From Octopus sinensis (lineage: Eukaryota), in assembly GCF_006345805.1 (NCBI RefSeq), contig NW_021833532.1:1-28581 (forward strand): DNA of 28,581 nt, in the 5' to 3' direction. The translations under genes and the position numbers were made by a program. Below, piece after piece: positions 11,335-20,107 of the stretch. Within the stretch, counting starts at the first letter, position 1; every line of letters starts with the position of its first letter. The notes below the pieces were generated by a model. It was not told the origin of the DNA. It made no database searches and was given only the letters and a program-made list of their open reading frames with translations.

Positions 11335-12369
11335 ATGCCAACACCATGACTGCTACTCAATGCTCTGTGAACACTGTAAAAAGGCTGTGAGACATCAGAG
11401 GAACAGCTGCAACAGAGACAATGAAGCTGTGGCCAGCAGGAAGGGATACAGTGGGCATTCTAACTTCATCTGCAGGACAAGGTGATGGTAGATTTGAGCA
11501 AGGGAATCCAGGATTTGACAAGAGAGGTGGGTGTTGGAGTTGCCACAATGATATTGGCCCTGAATTTGGACCTTTACTGCTACTTGTGCAAGGGACAAAT
11601 TCTGACAGTCAAGGCCAAAGAGACGATGAAGCCGCTAAACGAAGGCAAAGAAGCTAAGATATCCTGTTGAGCTGGGGATGATTTGCTTCTTAGGTGAAAA
11701 TAACTTCCACCAGAACCAGTTGAACAACACCCATGACAGCAGGTGACTTACCTACAATCCATGTGATGTCCCACATACCAGGAAAACCAAGTTCTCCCAA
11801 ACTGTGATTGTCTTTGGGTATACCTCCAGTGAAGGTGATGCTATATTACCCACCATCTTTGAACAGAGCCTTAGGCTCAATTCAGATGGCTGTGTGAAGC
11901 TGCTGGAGACTGTGGTCAATCCTTGGCTGGAGAGGGTTGCTGCTGGAAGGCCATATGTGTAGCAGCAGGATTTGGTTCCTTGCCATACCTTCAGAAAAAG
12001 TCAGAAGTGGTTGTCAGAGAATTTCTGCAACTTCACCCACTCCAATTTCTGGCCCCCTAATTCCCCCCGATTGTAATCCCATAGGTTACTATGTGTGGGG
12101 TATGGTTGAGAAAAAACACCAACCACTCTGATTGCAACACCAAGGCTGACTTGATGGCCAAGATCAAGGAGGTGCTCAAAGATCTTCCTAAGGACACAGT
12201 ATGGAATGCATGCACCAGGTTCCAGAGCTATCTTGGGACCATAATGGAAGCTGAGGGTGGCTACTATGAGTAAACTGTTACCTCCCAGCCATAATCAACT
12301 TGATGTGTTTTGGTTTTTTTTTTAAATACTTTTACTTCTGCTTGGAAATTTAGCTTGAACAGCCTGTAT
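11335..12369 (+). mobile_element. Decayed Tc1/mariner transposon, DD37D (maT-like) spacing; right TIR kept, left TIR not found
   Basis: QD(x37)[D>G] segment QDLVPCHT..WPPNSPDCNPIGYYVWG and C-terminus NACTRFQSYLGTIMEAEGGYYE*. The end ttgaacagcctg|TA is the reverse complement of a TACAGGCTGTTC-type TIR. Several stops and frameshifts. Confidence 0.88.
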
Positions 12370-12858
12370 GTGATAGGACATAGACTACTGAATCTGTCAG
12401 CTAATTAGCAGTACTCTGCTGATTTGTATAAATGTAAAAATATTCTAATGAATTGCTTCATCTTTAAGATTAATAGTCTGAAAAATGATTACTGTATCAA
12501 CAGTGGCTACTTCTCCCAGGTATTTTGACTTGAGGCATACTAATGAGCAGTGATTGAAATATAGGCATGTACAATCATATATTAAACTAGCCATACCTGG
12601 CCCAAATACTGCACTAGTTTTATGTTCAAACTGGTCAGGTCTGGCCTCTTGCACCTACACTATAATGTCATTAAAAAATAAACACTCAATCATTCGAAGC
12701 TGAGATAATGCATGATTAATTTCATGCAAGATGAAATAAGCATTACATTTGACAGAGTGATCTGAATGCTAAAGAGTTAACGTTCATATTCTTTCCCTTT
12801 TTGAGTATACATAAATAGATTTTAGTAAAATTTTACTTTTTCTTTGTTCTCTCTTTAG

Positions 12859-13100
12859 ATGGGTATCAAACCTTCAGAAAGCTCGTGTCACTCGATGGGG
12901 TGGTATGATTTCTACACCAGATACTGTATTACAGGCTGTCATCAAACGAGCCCTTATCGATAGTGGCTGTCCTCCACATATTGTTAACGAACTTATGGAA
13001 AATGCCCATGAGCGGCGCTGGCCTCGAGGGCTTGGTACCCTTGAGACACGACAGCTTAGTCGACGGCAGTATGAAAACTATGTAACAAAACGTATACCAG
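12859..13100 (+). CDS. RNF41: RNF41 coding exon, USP8-interacting domain (242 nt, phase 2/1)
   Basis: ctctttag|ATGGGTA...ATACCAG|gttagt. WVSNLQKARVTRWGGMISTPDTVLQAVIKRALIDSGCP..NAHERRWP..LETRQ..YENYVTKRIP is close to recalled NRDP1. Confidence 0.97.
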
Positions 13101-13864
13101 GTTAGTTCAGGTGCTTTTTTTAAAATTAATTTTCTTTTAGTTGCAAATATTCTCTCAATCTTCATTGTATTAATTATAATTCTTTTCTTTGGAAAAGAAG
13201 CCTTTCTAGAAGAAAGTTCCGTTGTCTAATTTTATGTCTATTTTATTTCATTACTTTTATTGTGTGTGTGTGTGTATCGGTGTTAGAACAGTCTGGAATG
13301 ACAGAGATAAAACTGAAAGTAGAATCATGTTAGGTTTATGACCTATGCATTCACACCCCTCCATGTGGACCCAGATTTAGTACTGCTAGCTAATAAGATA
13401 ATTGCCAATACAACAGGCTTGCCATTGTTCACAGCAACTTGTCTCACATGGATGCTCATGACACATTGATGTGTTCTGACTTTTTAGAAATAATTCAAGC
13501 CTTTTAAAAAAATTCATATTAATGCTTGGTTATCTTGAAAAATATTTCACCTATAATTTTGTTAAGCAGAAATATAATTAATAAAATAAGGTAAACAATA
13601 TTTACCTTTTATTTTTCTGAATTTGTAATCCTAAAACAATTTCTGAGGGCCAGCTACTTACATTGAAATATTTTATTATAAAAGAGAAGTGGATCTTCGT
13701 CTGACTGTCCATTACAGCATCTATTAGAGGGAGGGAAGAGAGGAGGAGGAGAAATCGAAATATATATCACAATGTACTTTTAAAAGAAGTGAGGAGAAAA
13801 AGTTATTAAGAGAGAAATACACAAGAGAGAGAGAGAGAAAGAAAGAGCTTGTGAAAGGTAGATA

Positions 13865-13878
13865 GTCACCATAGCAAC
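13865..13878 (+). promoter_or_regulatory. RFX X-box-like motif GTCACCATAGCAAC
   Basis: Matches GTNRCCATRGYAAC; motif match only. Confidence 0.4.
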
Positions 13879-14109
13879 TAAAAAGTTTTGATTTAAAACA
13901 GGAATTTTAAGTGGATGCAACACAATTAAAAAAAGACTAATAGTTAGTTTTTTTGTGGTTGTTTGTGCATGTTTCTGTGTCTTTCAACATTTAGGACAAC
14001 ACAACAGAAACTTTAAATAGAAGAAGGGGGGGGGGAGAAAAGTTGTTGTTGAGAGAGAAATACAGTAAGAGAGTGTGTGTGTGCGTATAAAAGATAGGTA
14101 GGTAGTGTT

Positions 14110-14123
14110 GTCACTATAGTAAC
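14110..14123 (+). promoter_or_regulatory. RFX X-box-like motif GTCACTATAGTAAC
   Basis: Matches the relaxed consensus GTNRCYATRGYAAC; paralogous to 13865-13878. Confidence 0.35.
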
Positions 14124-14420
14124 TAACGAGTTTTGATTAAAAATGCAGGAACTTTAAACGCAAGACTTCAAAAAGGGGCTATATGTGTGTATATGATGTA
14201 TATAGTGTTGTTTGTGTGTGTGTTTCTGTGTCTTTCAACTGAAAGACAAAGCAACACAGACTTGAACAAAAGATTTTAACTTTGAACAATTTACGAAGCT
14301 ACCTGCATGATTAACAAATATTTTTACCAACAGATTAGCAACAGGTTTCTTGCCGCCATTTGAAAGGTGTAGTAAATTCAACCAAATCAGAATTGAATCT
14401 TTTTTTTTTTTTAAATTTTA

Positions 14421-14592
14421 AGCAATGATTGTGTGGTTAAGAAGTTCGCTCCTCGGCCACATGGGTATCAGTTTCAGTCTCACTACATGGTGCTTTGGGC
14501 TAATGTTTTCTACAAATACCTTGGATCCACCATAAAAGCCTTTTGAGTGGATTTGGTGGATGGCAATTGAATGAAACCCATTGTATGTATAT
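14421..14592 (+). mobile_element. SINE family Z 5' part (degenerate tRNA-like head, up to the internal microsatellite)
   Basis: tgtgtggttaagaagtt..ccacatgg..cagtctcact..aagccttttgagtggatttggt..aaacccattgtatgtata is the same-family complement of 6312-6392. Confidence 0.75.
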
Positions 14593-14760
14593 GATCATCA
14601 TTTAACGTCCCTTTTTACCATGCTGGCATGGGTTGGACATAAACTAACAAGCCAGAGGGTTGCACCGAGCTCCATTATCTGTTTTGGCATCAAGGTTTCT
14701 ATAGCTGGATGCCCTTCCAAACACCAACAGAGTGTACAGCATGCTTTTTGAAGAGGTGAA
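14593..14760 (-). mobile_element. Short RTE 3'-end fragment
   Basis: atcatcatttaacgtcc..catgggttgga..gtttctatagctggatgcccttcc aligns with 16911-17045. Confidence 0.8.
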
Positions 14761-15034
14761 TACATGGCTTCACCTTTTGGAAAGAGAGAGAGAGAGAGAG
14801 AGATAGGGTGAAGGAACAGAAAAGGTTAGTGGGTAGGTAAGTCCACTCGAGTGAAAATAGTACAACAAACAATCAGAGAATGGAATTGAGTCAGATGCAA
14901 GGAATATGAATTTGGGGTGGGGATAAAGAGAAAGGAAATAAGAAAGGGTCAAAGAGGAGGGGAAGGAGGAGGTGGCAAGGGGCAGAGTAGTAAGGATATG
15001 ATATAAAGTGTAGGTGGGGATAAGTGATATCATT

Positions 15035-15230
15035 TACAGTGCCTAGGTGAGTAGCACCACAGGACACTGATTGAAGAATGAGTTTTAGAAGATGGGTTGT
15101 AACCATTGGAAAATATTACCTTAGAAACAGGAGGGGCATCCAACTGTAGAAAAATCTGCCTCAGCAAATTCCATTGAACCCAAGCAAGAATAGAAAAGTG
15201 TACATGAAAACAACAATGATAATGATGAGT
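15035..15230 (+). mobile_element. Short RTE 3'-end-like fragment, sense orientation
   Basis: ggaggggcatccaactgtagaaaaatctgcc..caagcaagaatagaaaagtg..atgataatgatg is the reverse complement of the same tail motif. Confidence 0.7.
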
Positions 15231-15271
15231 CTCCTGTTTACTGATACTGTTTATTTGTGTGTTTTTGAAAG

Positions 15272-15375
15272 GAAAACAAGCTGTGGTGGTCATGTCATGT
15301 GAAAACGAACACATGCCAGAAGACTTAATACTGGAACCAGGTCTTGTAATGATCTTCGCGCATGGTGTCGAATGA
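15272..15375 (+). CDS. RNF41: RNF41 last coding exon (104 nt including TGA, phase 1)
   Basis: gtttttgaaag|GAAAACAAGCT...GTCGAATGA. (G)KQAVVVMSCENEHMPEDLILEPGLVMIFAHGVE* matches the NRDP1 C-terminus. The five exons total 858 nt = 285 aa + stop. Confidence 0.96.
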
Positions 15376-15594
15376 GGTAAGGTCTTGTCATTCCATTTGG
15401 TCGTTCTTTCTTAGAATACAACAAATATTACTGAAACATTGATTCTAAAGAATAAGTCTGCTGGCCAGTTAATGCAAGCATGTTTTCAGCTGATGTAAAA
15501 TGATAATACAAAAGGCACAGTTGTCATGGCATTTTAAGCAAAGAAAATCTTGGCTGGGTTTTGTGTGTAGATTATAAACAATGAAGTATAAATC

Positions 15595-15779
15595 TGGTAT
15601 TGAATTTTGGCACAAGGTTGAGAATTTCAGGGGAAGGGGGAAGTCAATCACATCAACCTTATTTCATTGACCCCAAAAGGATGAAAAGCAAAGTTGACCT
15701 CAGTGGAATTTGAACTCAACATGAATACAGACAAAATGCCACTAAGTATTTTGCCTGGTGTGCTAACGATTCTGCCAGC
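15595..15779 (-). mobile_element. SINE family Y
   Basis: aaaaggatgaaaagcaaagttgacc core and ttgcctggtgtgctaacgattctgccagc head, both reverse-complemented. Confidence 0.87.
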
Positions 15780-16004
15780 AATAAAGTATGATTTTGAAAG
15801 ACATTGTCAAAAATTGTAGCTGTTCCCTTGCATACAATAAAGACAGACGCTGCACCTGCAGCATTAAGTCATGTCCTGACTTGTGCATGCAGATATCTGT
15901 ATATTGTACATGCTTGAACATTGTCAATGAGGGTCGTCTGTTAATCTCACAATCAGTTTACATGTATAAAGAGATGCGCAAACATGCATGTGAACAGAGC
16001 AGAA

Positions 16005-16010
16005 AATAAA
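16005..16010 (+). promoter_or_regulatory. Candidate RNF41 polyadenylation signal AATAAA (alternatives at 15780 and 16076)
   Basis: Hexamer 630 nt after the stop codon; motif only. Confidence 0.3.
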
Positions 16011-16300
16011 ACTATAAATTGCAATATAAAGTAAATTTCAACTAGTAGCTATGGGTGTTTATATGAAGCACCTGGAATAAATACCTAAGTTTGGCCGTAA
16101 CCACATGCTAAAGGTTGGTCCAATGACTAAGATCAAGCAGTAGTGACCTTATAGTTGAGTGGTGCTGTAGAAATAGTCACCCACATCATAGTACTTGGAA
16201 GTACATTACATTAGGTGTTGAATTACAGCAAGGTTCAATGGAAAGGTGTTAGTTAAAAAAAGCTGAGAAATGCTGCTTTGGAATCTGCTACTAACAGCTA

Positions 16301-16525
16301 ATAATCCTTTCTACTTTAGGCACAAGGCCCGAAATTTTGGAGGAGTGGGGGAGGGGCAGTTGATTAGATCGACCCCAGTACACAACTGGTACTTAATTTA
16401 TCAACCCCGAAACAATGAAAGGCAAAGTTGACCTCAGCGGAATTTGAACTCAGAACATAAAGACAGAAGAAATACCGCTAAGCATTTTGCCTGGTGTGCT
16501 AACACTTCTGACAGCTCGCCACCTT
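16301..16525 (-). mobile_element. SINE family Y, full length, with 12-bp target-site duplication
   Basis: TACTAACAGCTA occurs at 16289-16300 and 16526-16537; the core and head match 15595-15779. Confidence 0.93.
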
Positions 16526-16845
16526 TACTAACAGCTATTAATGAGAAAAAAAATTAAAATGAGCTAAGGGATGTAACTCAATGTAACTAGGGTCAGGTCT
16601 TTGTTTGCAGGTATGGGACAACTGTGGACATGTTGTTTTCATGTTATTAGATCTCCTCAGTACTGTACAATCTAACAAAGCTATAGATTTTTATGGCTAA
16701 TGAGAGATTGGCCAAGAGTTTCTTGGAAATATTTTGCTATTAGATGACTTATCAGAAACTAATCAATAACTTTCAAAATAAATTCTTTCACTTTTAGACA
16801 ATTTTCATGTCTCCTCTTCACTACATTGTAAAGTTTTGTATAAGT

Positions 16846-16900
16846 GTGTGTGTGTGTGTGTATATACATATATATATACATATACATATATATATACATA
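16846..16900. repeat. (TG)n(TA)n microsatellite
   Basis: Seen directly in the sequence. Confidence 0.95.
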
Positions 16901-19570
16901 TCATCATCATCATCATCGTTTAACGTCCGTTTTCCGCTCTAGCACGGGTTGGATGGTTCGACCGGGGTCTGGGAGGCCAGGGGCTGCACCAGGCTCCAGT
17001 CTGATCTGGCAGAGTTTCTACAGCTGGATGCCCTTCCTAACGCCAACCACTCCGCGAGTGTAGTGGGTGCTTTTTACGTGCCACCTGCACAGGTGCCAGG
17101 GGGGTCTGGCATCAGCCACGATCAGTTGGAGCTTTTAACATGCCAACGGCACAGAAGCCAGCCAAGGCGGCGCTGGCAACGGCTACGTTCGGATAGTGCT
17201 TTTTTTTATGTGCCACCGGCACAGAAGCCAGTCGAGGCGGCGCTGGCAACGGCCACGTTCAGATGGTGCTGTTTATGTGCCACCGGCACAGGTATCACAA
17301 CAACTATTTCCATTGATATTTATTTCGATGTTCATGTTCATGACTCAACAGGTCTCCTCAAGCACAGCGGGACGTTCTGGAATCCAGGGTACTTTGAATG
17401 GGCAGGGGCTATGCGGACTGGTGCAGGAAGCAGCCCGGGTCTTTGCAGTCACAGCATATCTCCAGAGATCTCGGTCCTTTGCCATTGCCTCAGTGAGGCC
17501 CAACGCTCTGAGGTCATGTTTGATTACCTCATCCCATGTCTTCCTGGGTCTACCTCTCCCCCTGATACCTTCAACTGTTTGGGAGTGGCACTTCTTCACA
17601 CATCTCTCCTCATCCATCCGCAGTACATGACCATACCATCGCAAGCGTCGCTCTTGCACACCACATCTGATGCTTCTTATGTCCAGCATTTCTCTCAGGG
17701 TGCTTACACTCTGTCGTGCGTGCAAACTGACATTACACATCCAGCGGATCATGCTAGCTTCATTTCTTTCAAGTCTACGCATGTCCTCTGCAGTCACAGC
17801 CCATGTTTCACTACCGTGAAGCATGGCAGTTCGCACACATGCATCATACAATCTACCTTTCACTCTGAGTGAGAGACCCTTTGTCGCCAGTAGGAGTAGG
17901 AGCTTTCTGAACTTTGCCCAGGCTATTCGTATTCTAGTGGTGATACTCTCTGAGCATCCACCTCCACTACTAACTTGGTCACCCAGGTAGCGGAAGCTAT
18001 CAACTACTTCTAGTTTCTCCCCCTGGAGTGTGATGGAATCTGTTTTCTGAGTGTCTGTGGTGTCTATTGTCCCTGTGCATCTGCCGCACATGAAAGCTAT
18101 CTTATCTGTTAATTTCCCTTTAATGTTGCTGCACCTCTTATGCATCCATAGCTTACACTGGGTACATCTTATGGAGTTTCTACCTACACCTTTCCTACAG
18201 ATCGAGCAGGGCCACCTGCCCGAGTGGGTGTGTGCTGAGTTTGCCTTTCTGCTTACTATAACTTTGGTCTTTGCTACATTTACTCTAAGGCCCTTTGACT
18301 CTAACCCTTGCTTCCACACCCGAAATTTCTTTTCTAGTTCCGGTAGTGATTCTGCTATGAGAGCCAGGTCATCAGCATAGAGGAGCTCCCAGGGGCATCC
18401 TGTTTTGAATTCCTCTGTTATTGCCTGGAGGACTATGATGAATAAAAGGGGACTGAGGGCTGAGCTTTGGTGTACACCTACTTCTACCCGGACTTCTTCA
18501 CTATATTCGTTGCCAATCCTGACCTTGCTGACAGCCTCTCTGTATAGAGCCTGTACAGCCCTTATTAGCCATTCATCAATCTCCAGTTTCCGCATCGACC
18601 ACCAGATAAGGGATCGGGGAACCCTGTCAAAGGCTTTCTCCAAGTCCACAAAAGCTATGTAGAGGGGTTTATCTTTAGCTAGGTACTACTCCTGCAGTTG
18701 TCGGACCAGGAATATAGCATCAGTGGTGCTTCTACCCGGCACAAAACCGAACTGCATCTTATCTAAGCAAATTCTCTCCCTAATGAGATGGGTTATGACC
18801 CTCTCTGTGACCTTCATCACCTGATCCAACAGTTTAATAACCCTGTAGTTATTTCTATCTAGAGCATCACCCTTACCCTTGTAGCTGTTGACTATGGTGC
18901 TGCTACGCCAGTCATTGGGTATGACTCCATTGTGAACTACCTGGTTTACAATGCGGGTGACTAGGCCATAGCCCACATAGCCAGCTGTTTTAAGCATCTC
19001 AGCAGTGATTCCTGATGGGCCGAGGGCTTTACCTGGTTTCATATCCTTAATTGCCTTAACTACAAGGGAGCTGTCTATTCGGATAGCTGGTCCCTCTACT
19101 GGGTCAACATTTGGCAGGCTCTCCTCCTCCCATTCATTCTCCTCATTCAGCAGTCTTTCATAATGGCTTCTCCAAGCCTCTTTCTTTTCACCAACATTAA
19201 AAGCAAGTGCCCCATCATCCATGCAGACACATTTCTCTCCTGTAACATCACTATTTTCTCTCACACACTGTCTGGCAATCTGAAATACCTCAGCTCTTTG
19301 GTCCTCATGTTGCTGGACATTGGCAAACTTCTTCTTTTCTGCTACATCTTTGGCTATGTATACCTGCCGCCCGGCATCCCTTTTGGCTACCTGGTACAGT
19401 TTCATGCTACCCCCATCCCTCCAGGCTCATCTCTTTGCACTAATGGCATTGTCTACTGCACTATTCCACCACCACGTAACTCTAGGTCTGGAAGGGACTT
19501 TGCACCATCCACAGACTTGGTCTGTGGCACTCAGCAAGCTGTCCCGTAGGAATTCCCAGCTACCTTCTAA
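16900..19570 (-). mobile_element. 5'-truncated RTE-clade LINE with a PHD finger inside RT, a 3' UTR minisatellite and an (ATG)n tail
   Basis: ORFs 19427-19570, 18686-19405 and 17345-18649 share one frame, broken only by TGA (19427) and TAG (18686). Motifs: QFGFVPGRSTTDAIF, DLEKAFDRVPR, GVHQSSALSPLLF, YADD, FRYLG, HGSETW, RRLRWYGHVLRM, RGRGRPRKTW. Confidence 0.96.
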
Positions 19571-19684
19571 TACATATATACACATATATATATACATACA
19601 TATATATATACATACATATATATATACATATATATATATATACATACATATATATACATATATACATACATATATATATACATA
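19571..19684. repeat. (TA)n microsatellite
   Basis: Seen directly in the sequence. Confidence 0.97.
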
Positions 19685-19882
19685 CTTTGATACTACCAAT
19701 GTTGGATAGTTTTTACAAAAGGATCTTGTGATCAACCCTGTCGAAGGCCTTCCTGAAATCAAGGTAGATAACATCGGTGTTGGAGCCCTCTCCCAAAGCT
19801 CTCAAAATGTCATCAAAGTAATGCAGGAGCTGCGTTAGGCAGTCCCTTCCATTACGGAACCCATGTTGGTTAGAGATCAGCC
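19685..19882 (-). mobile_element. Isolated internal RT fragment of a third CR1-clade family, with no 3' end
   Basis: [40 protein letters not shown]; (TA)n on both sides. Confidence 0.9.
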
Positions 19883-20107
19883 ATACATATATACATATAT
19901 ATATACATATAAAAATATATACATATATATATACATATATATACATATATATATACATATATATACATATATATATACATATATATATACATATATATAC
20001 ATATATATATACATATATATATATATACATATATACACATATACACATATATATAACACATATATATATACATATATATATATATACACATATATATATA
20101 TATATAT
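19883..20107. repeat. (TA)n microsatellite
   Basis: Seen directly in the sequence. Confidence 0.97.

Larger units (their letters stand above)
13790..14275. repeat. Old degenerate tandem duplication, about 245-bp unit, two copies
   Basis: Shared blocks occur in the same order in both units: gagagaaataca, gtcacYatagYaactaa, gttttgatt, caggaaYtttaa, gtttctgtgtctttcaac. Confidence 0.8.

Noticed and set aside
15377-15414. 38-nt micro-intron from the post-stop donor to ttctttcttag
   Set aside because: Shorter than typical spliceosomal introns and unsupported without reads.
9568-17292. Short repeats as a CRISPR-like array
   Set aside because: Eukaryotic intron/TE context, whole-unit tandem repeats without unique spacers, and no cas genes.
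16949-17872. 307-aa plus-strand ORF (similarly 2528-3049, 24405-24896 and 18051-18380)
   Set aside because: Antisense shadows of LINE coding or GC-rich UTR sequence, with no independent protein features.
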